Shown here piece by piece: positions 11,964 to 26,400 of a stretch of DNA of 64,000 nucleotides. The notes beneath the pieces were generated by a model, which had not been told where the DNA came from, ran no database searches, and worked only from the letters and a program-made list of their open reading frames with translations. A program made the position numbers and the translations under genes. The first letter of the stretch is position 1, and the number at the start of each line of letters is the position of its first letter. Source of the DNA: Felis catus (taxonomy: Eukaryota); the NCBI RefSeq assembly GCF_018350175.1, contig NC_058369.1, positions 21,330,001-21,394,000 on the forward strand, written 5' to 3'.

Positions 11964-12529
11964 CTACTCTGAAAGTTTTCTTATGCAGGTGTGATGTAAT
12001 GCAGTTGACTCACTGGAGAATAACCTACATGACCCAAAGTGAGTGTCATCTCAATCAGGAAACAGCCCTGCGACAGTAGGAAAAGAGCAAAGGCCTCAAA
12101 AGCACAGGATCGATCAAGTGATTGTTACCACAAGAAGCTGACTATGCTTCTAAGCTCAGTTGTACCATTATGTAAAAATTACATGTTACAAAACTGTGTA
12201 CAGTATAATTCTATTTGGGCTTTAAAACAAAACAAAAAAAGCCTATGATACATATATGGATGTGACAGATGTGTATATACACAGAAAACTACAGACAGAT
12301 GCATAGAGGATAAAAGGCAGTATAGAAACAGTGGGGGTAGAGAACTAGGAGGCTTCATGCTGTTAGCACAGACCAGAGCCCGATGTGGAGCTCAATCACA
12401 TAAACCGCGAGATTACCTGAGCCGAAATCAAGTTTCAGATGCTTGACTGAGCCACCCAGATGCCGCAAAACTAGACTTTATTTAGAGAAAGATCCTATAT
12501 CATTCTAATAAAAATCCCAGCTAGGGATT

Positions 12530-13230
12530 CCTACCCGCTAGGATGGCTGTAATCAAAATGATGACACTAACAAGAGCTGACAAGAATGTGGAGAAATTAG
12601 AACCCTCATACATTGCTGGTAGGAACATAAAATGGTGCAGCTGCTTTGGAAAAGAGTCTGGCAGTTCTTCAAAACGTTAAACGCAGACTTTCCATATGAT
12701 TTAGCAATTTCCACTCCTAGATGCATACCCAAGAAAAATGAAAACCTGTGTCCACACAAAAACTTATACACAAATGTTCACAGCAGCATTACTCATAATA
12801 GCCAAAAAGTGGAAACCTAAGTGTCCATCAGCTGATGAACAGATAATCAAAATGTGGGATAGCTACAGAATGGAATAAATAGCATTTGACCATATAAAAC
12901 AATGAAGTATCTGATATATGCTACAACATGGATGAATCTTGAAAACATTATGCTGAGAGAAGCCAATCACAAAAGACCACATGTTGTGTATAATTCCATT
13001 TAAATGAAATGTCCAGAACAGGCAAATCTACAGACACAGAAATATCAGTGGCTGCTTAGGGGTGGAGGGCTTGGGGACAATGGAGAGTGACGATACAGGC
13101 TCTCTTTTGGAGGTATTAAATGTTCTAACATCATCTGTGGTAATGGCTGTACAATTCGTGAACATACTAAAAAACACTGAATTGTATGCTTTAAATGCGT
13201 GAAATGGATAATTTCAAAAGTCTGTTAAAA
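12530..13230 (+). mobile_element. Old L1 3' end (L1MB-like)
   Basis: Decayed ORF2 end and 3' UTR. Confidence 0.75.
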
Positions 13231-13280
13231 AGAATTCCATCGCACAAGCAGTTGACACATTAGGCTGATGGGACACTCAC

Positions 13281-13414
13281 CTCTCTTTCCACTTCATCCT
13301 CCTCTTCCAAAAGATCATACACCTGCTCCAAAAGTTGAATCCCCAGGCCCTGGATTACATCAGCTCTCAAGACTTCAACTATTCTTCTGATCTTTTCAGA
13401 ACCTGGCATGATAG
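13281..13414 (-). CDS. NEK4: NEK4 exon 14 (penultimate)
   Basis: [45 protein letters not shown]; donor GTGAGT. Confidence 0.92.
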
Positions 13415-16400
13415 CTAAAAAGAAATAACAAAGATAGGGAAAAATAAACACTTCACTGCAACAAGAACATGTTTTTGTAAAAATCTTGTCATGTTAAGAT
13501 TTTTTTCACTTTGACAAGAGCTTGGTTTAAGCACTTCATGTATTTTTAATGACTACAAATGTATACATGAACTTACACTTCATGTCTCGTTACCAACCTC
13601 TTAAACCTAAATCCACAGCTATCTAATTTGAAGAAAAGCCACATGAAAAACCCAAACATGCATTTTATTTATATTTATTTTTTAAAAACAATTTGCATGC
13701 AACTTTTCAGGAACACAACTATTGCATAAAACAAGATATGCCTTTTATGGAGTTATTGAAAGAAAATAATTAAAAAAAGCAAAAACATTTTGGGAGCATT
13801 AGCTTCTTGGTGTGACACATTTCTCCAATAAACATGCTTTCCAGTTTGCTGTAAAAGAATAAACTGATCACCAGAGGGTAGCTCTTTAAAATGGAGTTCC
13901 TCAGCTTCTTCTGCAACTTTCCCATGAAGTATCAGCGTATCTCGATACTTCCGATGAAGTTTAAATTCTGACACTGGATCTGGAACGAGGAGATCTTCAC
14001 AGCTCTCCTTAGGGTCTAATTTTAGGGTCTGAGTCATCAGTTGGACCAAGTCACTCATTTCATTTGTATGACCTTTCCTGGGGGGAGGTGGGGAGAGAAA
14101 ATAAGTCCCCTTGTGATTTCATTGGCTTTATGAGAATTTTTCATCAAAAAATTAGATGCAAAACAACCTTCAGGGAGTTCTTCTAAATAGGCAAGTAAGC
14201 TCTTACAGACAGACCCTTCTGTAAATAATAAGTATAAACCCAACAAAATTAAAACTCAAGTATGTGAAGACAATGGAGCATATACAAAACCTGTATGCAG
14301 GTTCTGTAGGGGTGTCAACACCTTTTAGCCTAAGGGCCATAGGCAGCTAAAGTACAAAAGAAAACCCACAGTCTTTCTGGCCTGCAGAGACAAAGGACAA
14401 AGTTCAATCATAGCCACTAGAGAGTGAAATTTTAGAAAGGAAAGAGCCAGAAAGAAGCTCCAGGTTCTATGTGTAAATTCTGCCCAACTATTTGCAAGTA
14501 ACTTAATTACAGCCATGTACAAAGTTCAAGAATATCAAGCAATACACGGGGCGCCTGGGTGGCGCAGTCGGTTAAGCGTCCGACTCAGCCAGGTCACGAT
14601 CTCGCGGTCCGTGAGTTCGAGCCCCGCGTCAGGCTTGGGCTGATGGCTCAGAACCTGGAGCCTGTTTCCGATTCTGTGTCTCCCTCTCTCTCTGCCCCTC
14701 CCCCGTTCATGCTCTGTCTCTCTCTGTCGCAAAAATAAATAAATGTTGAAAAAAAGAATTAAAAAAAAAAAAAGAATATCAAGCAATACAAAAATACCGG
14801 CTCCCAATGAGATAAAATTGACAATGTCTGACATCCAGCCAAAAGTATCAAACATGCAAAGAAGCAGGAAAATAGCACACCTTTATTAAGAGAAAAAAAT
14901 CAGTTAATAGAAACAGACCCAAAAGTGACACAAGTGATAGAATTAGTTGATAAGGACACTTAAGTGGTTACTATAAATATATTCCGTATGTCCAAGGTAG
15001 AGGAAAGCATTAACATCTTAAGGAGAGGCATGGAAGATATAAAAAGACCCAAATAGAACTCCTAGAAATTAAAAGTACACTATGTTAAATACATGAGATA
15101 AGATTAGCAAACTAGACGCTGTAGAAGAAAACACTAGTGAACTCAAAGATATGGCAGTAGAATCTATGAAAAATGAAACAGAAAAAAGTCTAAAACACAT
15201 GAACACCATCAGTGAGCTGTGGGACAACTTTAAACAATCTAATATATAGGTAATTAAAATCCTCAAGAAGGCAAAAAGGGATCCAAAAAAATTTTGAAGA
15301 AGTAACAGCCAAAATTTTTATGGATCTGATGAAAATTATAAACCCATAGATCTTGAAAGACATTCTAGAAGAATTCTGAATGAAATCAGATGTGTTCATT
15401 AGAAGAGATTATTTTTAGCTCTAACATGTACCAAAACCCATTTATAATGTTATCGATGACAGCACTGCAGGTCTGAACACTATGACAAATGTATATTTAG
15501 GATTAATTCAAACAGAAATTGCTTATGAAAGAAGACAGAAAAATAAGAACATACCGTTCTTTGGAATCCCCATCTGACTTATCAGTTGAACTTGTAGAAG
15601 AACTTAATTCATCCTCGGAGAGACAGTGGATGACTTTCCTTCCCTATTAATGTTTGGAAAAACACAATTCCACATGACAACACAACCAGAATGTAATGCA
15701 TGCAACACTCTCAGATGCAATGTCTACATACAACACACACCTACATCCAATTTAACCGGACAATCTAATGATATAAAAATTGAAGTTACTTTCCCCAAAT
15801 GATGTCCCAGTTCACCTATAAAGTACACAAGTGAACCGTGAAGAACCTTAAAGGGAAATTTTACAAGGCCCTGGAAAGTCTCAGCTATGAATAAATTTTC
15901 TTTCCAGAGGCGAGTGGACAAACAGTTCTGGTACTCCAACTCCCACGCAGAGGGCTGGTGCTCTAAAGAATTTTAAACTAGAAAAAATGCCACATAAATA
16001 AAAGCAACCTCAGTTTATATCGGAGACTCTTTGTTAAAATACTTTAAAGGAGTACTTGACTTAATTACACACAAACCTTAAAACTTTAGACAATGGAGAA
16101 GACTGTCTTAATTAGTGAAACAATTTATTCATAGAATATTGCTAAAGAAACAAATCTTCCTTACTTTCAAGAGCAAGAAGTTTCTGTTTTTAAAAATAAT
16201 TATATGCTCCTAGAAATAATGTCAGAAAGTGCAGTACAGAAAAATGGATCATTTTTCCTGAGGTATCAATACACAAAAAAGTGAAAATGGGTTGGAAACC
16301 TGCAATTACCCATTTAGCCACTAGGTGCTGCCCCTACATCATCCCTAGGCGAGAAGGTAATGAACTCTGACACAAACAGGAAACTGAGCAAAGATAATAA

Positions 16401-16812
16401 GCAAGTGAGACTAAAATTTGGCCAGGTAGGTGGGTATATTGGTTACACAGCAGAATAAGCAAAAGGTTGCCTAATGGAAGCCGTTTAAAGTCTTGTTTTA
16501 AATACTACTTAAAGAAAGATAGCAACTAACCTACCAACTGCTTATAAGAGCACCTGTAAAACTCATTCCCTTAATGGTGCAAAAATAACCTTCTTAATTA
16601 TTATTCACCAGTTCTTTTCCTTATCAAGAGTGAAAAGGTGGGGTGCTTGGTTGGCTCAGTCAGTTAAGCATTAGACTCTTGATTTCAGCTCAGGTCACGA
16701 TCTCACAGTTGGGAGATCAAGCCCTGTGTTGGGCTCCACGTCCATGCTTAAAATTCTCTCTTCCTCTGCCTCTCCCTTGTGAGCACTTTCTCTCTCTCTC
16801 TCTCTCTCTCTC

Positions 16813-16843
<31 letters not shown>

Positions 16844-19800
16844 GAAAAGGCAGAACTTCAGCCAGTTCTGTCCCAGAAATAAATGGAGCTGGCAGTTATG
16901 AGGCTTACTGTATTAGGCTTGCCAGATGATATAGACACGTCCCCCCTTTCCATAGGACTATGTAATATACCTGAGCCGCACAGCAGTCAGAAGACAACCA
17001 TCGGCCAGGGGTGGGCTGGCCTTCCTCTGGTGGTTTCCCTGGTCCTGATGCACTCAGAGAAGCTCTCCTCACTGAAGGGCCTGAAAAAGTGACCACCCCA
17101 GCAGTTGTTTGTAGTGGGCTGGCCCCAAAAGAAGTGGGCTTTACACAGGATATGAAAGATACCCCAGCAAGTGCCAGCCCAGAAGTACCTCAGACAGCAT
17201 ATTCATCATCACTCTGGTACCTGACATCTCAGCTCAAACCTCAGCTCTAGGTCTACCGGTGCTGTGACCCTGGGCAAGCTATTTAAGCCCTCCAAGCCTC
17301 AGTTTCCTCAGCTGCAAAATGGAGATAATGCTGCCTGCCTTTGACAGCTACTGTAACATGAGATGAGACAATGCTCTTAAAACGCTTACCATAATGCTTG
17401 AGACATAGTCAGCATTCAGTAAATGGAAACTGCTAGTGCTGTTTTTAGATGATAGCGATAAGAATGATCACAGCCCTCAGCCCAGGGAAGCACCATTCTC
17501 CCAGCTTCCTCTCTCTGTTCCTGAGAAGACACCACTCTTTGACCAGCAGAATCTGAACATGGAAACAAACTGAACACTCACTCCATTTCCTGTCTGAAAT
17601 CTCCCAGGAGTTAATGCCACTCAAACCCCTCTTGCTCTCTTTTTAATATCCTTTTCCTCTGATAATACAAGTTCCAGACCCAACAGCCGCATATGCTGAT
17701 TTTTTTAAAGATTTACCAAGAAATTTTAAAAATTCTCCCAAATCTGTTTCCCAGATGGATCACTGATGCTGAAAATACTTCACATCTCACAATCAGAACC
17801 AATGCTACATCCATAAGCCATACCAACAACCTCCAATAGATGAAGGAAAGAGAAAACTTTACCTGAGGGGAACACCTCTTCCTGTGACTGCTTTAGTCGC
17901 CTCCTCTCTCTTGCTGATAATGGTCGATCCTTTTAAAGAAAGTCCGTTACTTTCATTCCTTCTCACTATTTTTAGAACACCTGGAATGCGTGACATTATC
18001 ATCCAGCACTATAGGACAGGCCTTCCACAGGCCTTTAAAGGAACGTGTTTGAAACCAGTCATATCCTGGTTACAACTACTAGCTAGAATGATCAGAACAC
18101 TCATTTCTGGGAAGTACTCATTTTTGGAAGGGTAAACGGAAAATTTTGCATTTCCTACATTCAGAATCTACTTTGGTCTCCTTAATTAAGTGGAAGCAAC
18201 CATCCCTGGAACTATAGAATCTGTCCATTTCAATGAAAGCTTCTGCTGAGAATCACAAATTTGTCCCCTCCATTGTTTGGCAAAAGGCAGGGCTAAGATG
18301 TTTTAACAGAAAACTTCACAATATATATAGGCTTTTTACAACCAAAAAGTTTTATAAGAAGGTTGAAACAAATCCAATATACACTCCAACAAACCTTGGA
18401 TGATGGCACCTCCCTGCTGCTCGAACAGCTCACAGTAGACCCAATGACCACTTTACTTTGATTTTCAGCATCTTTTTGTGATAATGTGATATCCGTTTTT
18501 CCAATAGTGGGAAGAGAAGGCAAAAGTCGAGGAGGAGCCTCTTGGAACTTAAATAATTAAAAAGGGGAGGTGGGAATTATCAGTTTCATATACAACCATT
18601 TCCAAAGTTCCCCTACCAGTAAGTCTCCTATGTATTTGGCAGTGATTTGCTCTCAAGAACTTCAAAACATTGCATTTTATTGGAAAGAAACTCTGCCAAA
18701 AGTGAATTACCATCTGAGAAGCTTATAGACAGGGTGCTTGTGAAAGAAATGAGGTGTAGACATGATTCTATGCAGAAGATAAGGGAGAAACTATTCATCA
18801 GTATAACACAGGAGGGATCAGAGAAATACTCTTGTTAGCCTGTTCCTTTAACTCTCAAGAAGATTTGTCCATTTTTGATGGAAAAGATAAGATCTTTACT
18901 CTGTTTCCAACTCACTGACATTTGAAAACTAATATTTAGCATCTTGCCATTGCTACCCCTCTCCATATGTTCCCTGCATTTCTTATGTGTCTTTTTGGCA
19001 ACTGTTAGTCATTCTAAATAAAGTCTATTTCCCAAGCAACAGCACAGTGACTTACTTCAAAGAGATCTCCGCTGACCTGTGTCCTTTCCCCACTCTGTTC
19101 AGGGTGTTCTCTTTTCTTCTGTCGTCGTTGTCGAGAGAGGGAAGGCTCAGACCCGGAGCTGTGTGGCTGTAAACCTGGGTTGGTCCTGTCTGGTTTTTCT
19201 AGAACACATTCACCAGCAACTTGATCCTTAAGAATAATGAAATTAAACAAACAAAAAAGAAAACAGAATAATGAGATAGTCTTGAACTTCCAAGTGACCA
19301 AACTATTTTAAAATTATAAATGGAAATGAGGAGTGTCTTTATCAAAATGAATGCTCATTTGCAGTGTGGACAGGCAACGACAAAATGCTGACATTGGTTA
19401 TCCACATTTTCTGGCTTTTTTTCCTCTTTTTCCAAATAAAAGTAAGTAATTATTTTAATTACATTACTCAGATTGTTATTAACCCAAACTACTGACGTTC
19501 GATTCATGTTTTAAAAAAATACTTCTTTTCATAACTTTTAATAGGATTTGTATTCGGAAAACTAGGAAACGTTTTAAATGAAATCCAATTTAATATATAC
19601 ATACTTCCCAAGTAAATATCAGTTATTTGGATACACCCTAAAAAGCACCAAGAAAACAGCACTGGGTTTGGAGTCAAATGGAATCCTATCTGAGAAACTT
19701 AATACTCCTGAACCTCAGTTTCCTCCTCATAAAGTGGTATAATGCCTCACACACACTGCCTGACTGAAGCAGGCTGGAGGAGATGGTGCATTCAAGTACT

Positions 19801-20435
19801 TAGGACTCTGTCTAGCACATACTAGATGCTCAAAAAACAGGAGCTATTCCTAGCAGTAGTGATGATAAGGTAAATTACCTTCTAAGTTATAAAGATCACA
19901 AACGACTTAGTATTTTATTTGGATAGCTGGTTTTAGAAACAAATGCATATAAATTATTAAAACAAAATAGATTTTTACATTTCTTTTTTCTCCATTTTTT
20001 TTTTTAAGAGAGAGACAGGGAGAGTATGCACAAGCAGGGAAGAGAAGCAGAGAGAGAGAGAGAGAGAGAGAGAATCCTCAAATCCTCAGCAGGCTCCATG
20101 CTGAGTGTGGAGCCCAAAGCAGGGCTCAATCCCACAACCTTGGGATCATGACCCCAACCAAAATCAAGAATCAGATGCTCAACCAACTGAACCACCCAGG
20201 TGCCCTTTATGTTTACTTCTTAAACAATTTTTAACTATCAGAACATCTGACAGATGGACACTGGTAATTGAATCTCATTCAAGCAGCACATTTTTATCAA
20301 GAGCCCCTGTGTGGTACATTTTAGAAAGAAAAACAAAAAATGCAATGTTAATACAAGGTGAGGTTGCTTTAAAAATTTTTTTTTTATGTTTATTTATTTA
20401 TTTTTTGAGAGACAGAGAGAGTATGTAAGCAGGGG

Positions 20436-20481
<46 letters not shown>

Positions 20482-23400
20482 CCCAAGCAGGCTCCATGCT
20501 GTCAGCACAGAGCCCAACATGGGGCTTGAACTCACAAACCATGAGATCATGACCTGAGCCAAAATCAAGAGAGGCAGACACTTAACCAAGTCCCGCCACC
20601 CAGGAGTCCCGCCCTGAGGTTGCTTTCTAAGAGTCATTATCATCTACCATTTAGGTTCTCTGCCAAACCCAAACTAACAACTCCTGTAAGAAAATAATTT
20701 GTAAATTTATTATTTCGAGTTCATGTAACATTATACAAAAAATATAGCAAATGATTACATGTTTACAATATTATACAATAAGCTGGCTGAACAAGGAGAC
20801 CCTGATAATAAATAGTGATATAATTCTGGACAGTGAAATAAATTTTTCTCTGCTGATAAGTACAGGATGTTCAAATAAAGTTTATACAGATACAAGAATG
20901 ACAGAACAAATGACTTAAGCAATTCATTTCTCAATGAAATCCAATTGGTCCTAAAAAACTTCTACCTTTATCAATAAAAACGGTAACAACAACAACAAAA
21001 AAGAGGAAATGCTAGACATCAAGTTCTATCAGAGAAACAAAAAACCCGTGTGATATATTATATGTAAAAAAAGATAGTGATCAGGAACAAGACAAAGATG
21101 TCCACCTTCACTGCTTCTACTCAATACCATACTGGAGGTTCTAGCCAGGGCAATTAGGCAAGAAAAAGAAATAAAGACAACCACATCTGAAAAGAAGAAA
21201 TAAAACCATCTCCATTTGCAGATAATATGATATTGTATTCAGAAAATCCTACAGTTCATTATAAAAAAATTATTAAAGGGGGTCTGGGTGGCTCAGTCCG
21301 TTAAGCATCCAACTCTTGATTTTGGCTCAGGTCATAATCTCACGGTTTGTGAGATCAAGCCCGGTATCAGGCTCTATGCTGGCGGCATAGAGCCTGCTTA
21401 GGATTCTCTCTCTCCCTCTCTCTCTGCCCCTCACCTGCTTGCACTCTCTCTCAAAATAAACATTAAAAAAATTATTAGAACCAATAGAGAATAGATGAGT
21501 TCAAGGTTGTAGGACATAGGGCCGATATGCAAAAATCAACTGTATTTCTATACACAAGCAAAGAACACTATGAAGATAAAATTAAGACAACTCCATTTAT
21601 AGTAGTATCAAAACGAATAAAATATTTAAAAATGAATTTAATAAAAGAAGTGCAAGGCTTGAACACTAAACAGCAAAAAGTCTGTTAAAGACCTAAATAA
21701 ATAGAAAGATATCTCATGTTAATGGACTGTAAGACTTAAATATTAAGATAGCAATACTCTGGAAATGATCTACAGATTCAATGCCTATTGAAATCTCAGC
21801 CCATTTTGCAGAAATTAACAAGCTGGTCTTAAAATGGAAATGCAAAGGACCCCAAATAGCCAAAACAATACTAAGAAATAACAAAGTTGGGGGTGACTGG
21901 GTGGCCCAGTCAGTTAAGTGACTGACTTCAGCTCAGGTCACAGTCTCATGGTTCATGAGTTTGAGCCCTGTATTGGGTTATCTGCTCTCAGCACATAGCC
22001 TGCTTTGGATCCTCTGTCTCCCTCTGTCTCTGTCCCTCCCCTGCATATGTGCACACATGTGTGCACACTCTCTTTCCCGAAAATAAACATTTAGAAAAGA
22101 AAGTTGAAAGACTTCAACTTCTCTACAATAATTAAGACTGTGTTACTGACAGGGGGCAGACATACAGATCAACAGAACAGAACTAAGAGTCTAGAAATAA
22201 GCCATTACATTTATAGTCTATTGATTTTCAACAAGAATGCCCAGACAATTCAATGGAGAAAGAATAATCTTTTAATGAATGGTGCTAAGACAAGCTGATA
22301 AGCTGATGTTCATACGAAAGTATGAAGCTGGACCCCTTCTTCACACCATACACAAAAATTTAACTCAAATGGGTCACAGACTTAAATGTAAGAGCTAAAA
22401 CTATACACTCTTAGAAGAAAACATAGGGATAGGTATCCATAACACCAAAAGCACAAGTGACAAAAGAAAAAATAGACAAAACCGGACTGCATCAAAATTA
22501 CAAACTCTTGTGCTTCAAAGGATACCATCAAGAAAATGAAGAGAACTCACAGAAAGGGAAATAATATCTTCAAATCTTATACCTGGTAAGGGACTGACAT
22601 CTAGAATAAAGAACTCTTACAATTCAACAATAAAAAGATAAATAAACCAATTAAAAAGTGGGCAAAGCATCTGAAACAGTACTTCTCCAAAGTAGGTATA
22701 CAGAAGGCCAATAAGCACATGAAAAGATGCTGAACACAGTCATTAGGGAGATGCAAATCAAAACCACTGTAAGATACCACTTCACACTCACTAAGATAAG
22801 CTAGGAAAAAAATAAAATAAAACAGAAAATAGCAAGTATTGGTGAGGATGTGGAGAAACTGCAACTCTTGTATATTGTTGGGAAGTAAAATGATGCAGTT
22901 GCTTTGGAAAACAGTTTTAGAGTTCCTCAAAAAGTTAAACATAGAATTAGCATACGTAAGACCCTGCAATTCCACTCTTAGATACATACCCAAGAGAACT
23001 GAAAACGTACGTCCACACAAAAACTTATGTATGAGAATGTTCATCACAGAATCACCCATAGTAACCAAAAACTGAAAACAACCCAAATGTTCATCAACTG
23101 ATGAATGAACAAATAAAACATGGTATATACATACAGTGAATTTATTTGGCAATTTAAAAAGGAATGAAATACTGGTATATGCTACAACATGAAGAAATCT
23201 TGAAAACATTATGCTAAGTAAAAGAAGCCAGACACAAAAGTCCCTAAATTTATGATCCTATTTCTAGGCCTACCTCATTTCATTATACTCCACTTAATTG
23301 CGCTTCACAGATACTGTATTTTTTACAAACGGAAAGTCTGTGGTAGCTCTGCAATGACCAAGTCTATCGGCACCATTCTTTCCAACGGCATTTTCTTGCT

Positions 23401-26400
23401 TTATGACTCTGTCACGTTTTGGTAATTCTCACAATATTTCAAATGTTCAATAGTATAATAGTTGTTATGGTGATCTGTGATCTGTGGTGTTACTATTGTA
23501 GTTGTTTTGGTGCACCACAAATTGTGCCCATAAAAGATGGAGAACTTAACTGATAAATGCGTGTGTTATGATTGCTCCACCTACTGGCCATTCCCCCACC
23601 TCTCTCCATCTTCTTGGGACTTCTAACTCCCTGAGACACAACGATATGAAAATTAGGCCAATTACTAACACTACGATGGCTTCTAAGTGTTCAAGGAAAA
23701 GGAAGGGTCAACCAATGTATCAAAAACTTCACTGCTGTCTTATTTAAAGAAATTGCCACAGTCACCCTAACCCTTCAGCACCTACGGCATTGGTCAGCAC
23801 TCATCAACATTGAGGTAGGACCCTCCACCAGCAAAAAGATTACGATTTCCTGAAAGCTCAGATGATGGTTAGACTATAATGTAAACATAACTCTTACATG
23901 CACCAGGAAGCCAAAAATTTCATGTGACACCGGTACCGCAATGTTCGCTTTATTGCAATGATCTGTAATTGAACCCGCAATATCTCTGAAGTATGCCTGT
24001 ACATGAAATGCTCAGAATAAGCAAATCCATACAAATAATGGTTGCACGGGCTAGAGAGTGACTATTAGTGGGTATAGGGTTTATTTTTGAGGCTATAAAA
24101 ATGTTCTGGGGCAGCTGGGTGGCTCAGTCCATTAAGCCTCTGACTCTTGATTTCGGCTCAGGTCACAATCTCATGGTGGTGGGATTAAGCCCCTAGTTGG
24201 GCTCCATGCTGAGTGTGGGGCCTGCTTGGGACTCTCTCTCTCCCTCTGCCCCTCCTCCCCTGCTCCTGCTTGCATGCACGCTCTCGGTCTCTCAAAAAAG
24301 AAAATAAACATTACAAAAAATGTTTGGGAATAAGACAGTATGATTGTATAACTCTATAAACAGACTAAAAATCATTGAATTAGTACTGTGAAATTAGAAA
24401 AAAATGAAAGAAGTATACCTGAATATAATTTGAGAGCCAAGCAGAACACATAATTTTATCTACAAAGTACTAAGAATCCCAGTGTCCAAACAAAGAAAGC
24501 TTAAGACTTCTGTCTAATGACTTTAAGTGACAAGAGCATTACACGTGGGCTTTTCCACAAAAATAAAATTTTATTAGAAACATTTGAATATAAATGTATA
24601 AAATAGTTTCATATATCTATATAAAAATGATATCAAATATATTTAGCATATTATAAAAACAGTTAATATACAACTTAAATATATTTTTAGAATATTTTAC
24701 ATATAAAAACGTAAAGTTCACCAAATGTTCTGGCTTTCTCTCTAATCCTCAGCTATTGCCATGCTTCATTTAACTCGGGCTTCTTTCCAAATTCAAGTAA
24801 AAGTTAACCTTTAAATTTACTCAGAACAGTCTCTTAGCATCAAAATCCTTTTGCTCATTTGCTTTTCTCCTTCTTTTCTTTCCCCTTTGGTTCCAATACA
24901 TATATATATTTTTTTATTCTTAAGAAATGAGATCAATCACTAACTTTTCAAGAGCAAGAAGAAATGTGATGCTACCTACTTGTTGGAAATACCCATCCAT
25001 GTGGAGGCCTACGGAAGAGTGACAAAAAAATGGGACAAAACATACAAGTACCCTGCTTCCACCAAATACCCTATGCCAGGGCACAGAAGGGATCTAAGAA
25101 GCCCTGGGTCCTATCCTTTAGTTTGTGTAATGTTTATTTAAAAAGAAATTTTTTTTAATGTTTATTTATTTTTGAAGGAGAGAGAGACAGAGAGTGAGCA
25201 GGGGAGGGGCAGAGAGAGAGGGAGACACAGAATCCAGAGCAGGCTCCAGGTTCTGAGCTGTCAGCATAGAGCCCAAAATGGGGCTCAAACTCACGAGCCA
25301 CAAGATCATGACCTGAGCCAAAGTCAGATGCTTAACCGACTGAGCCACCCAAGCACCCCAGTTTGTGGAATGTTTAAACTGGTACACAGAGTAACTAACT
25401 TTCCCAAAACACCAACTAGAACAGGACAAACAACACGAGCCACACCTTCATAACTGCACTTTCCAGTCATCTCTCTGAAACCAACACCTCATGCGTATCA
25501 CTCACCTGGTCTTTTGGCTTTTGGTCTGTGTTTAGGGGTTGCAGAGGATTCAGTCGGTCATTCCTTCCCCCAGCGACATCACCAGAGGACCATGTGGGAA
25601 TCAGGTTTCTGGGGTGAGTGCTGGGCTTCGTGCCATCCTGTAGCTTCTCCTTCACTTGAGAAATACCACATTTACCTTCTAGCTCATTCTCCCGAACTAA
25701 GCCATCTTTCAGTGAGTCCCTCCTTTCTGAAGGTAGGATGTCAATATTCACTCTACTGATCGTGGCTAGTGATTCTGCAGTATTGCTCACGTCCAGCTTG
25801 GAGGTGTGGACTTTCAGACTTGCTGGTGACTTCAAGGGGCCAGTGACCATGGGTTTCTCCTGGGACAAATATTTGTCTTCACCCTGAGTGAAAATAGGCT
25901 TCTCATTTATTACAGCACTCCTCACACCCCATAAAATTAACTCAAAAGGAATGGCACATTCCTCAGAAGTTAAACATAGAATCATCACACAACCTGGGAA
26001 TCTCACTCCTAGGTAAATATCTCAAAGAACTGAAAAAGTAAGACTCAAACAGGTTATTTGCTCACCAGCGTTTAGAGCAGCGTTATTCACACTGGCCTAA
26101 AAGTGGAAACAACCTCAATGTCCATTAGCAGATGAATAAACAAAATATAATATACACATACAATGGAATATTATAAAGCCATTAAAAGGAGTGAAGTACT
26201 GACACATGCTATGACATGGGTGAACCTTGAAAACATGCTGAATGAAATAAGCAAGACACAAAAGGACAAATATTGTATGATTAACTTATCTAGAACAGGT
26301 AAACTCCTAGAGACGGAAAGTAGATTAGAGGTTACCAGGGCCTGGGAACGGGAGGAATGGGAGACTATTGCTTAATGAGCACAGAGTTTGCTTGGAGCAA

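Noticed and set aside
1..13280. Apparent truncation of NEK4 (no terminal exon or stop)
   Set aside because: Exon 14 ends in a strong GTGAGT donor and the rest is repeat-filled intron; the last exon most likely lies left of the window.
19056..19076. Alternative in-frame donor CAG|GTCAGC 21 nt inside NEK4 exon 8
   Set aside because: The GTAAGT donor is stronger; no evidence of use can be obtained from sequence alone.
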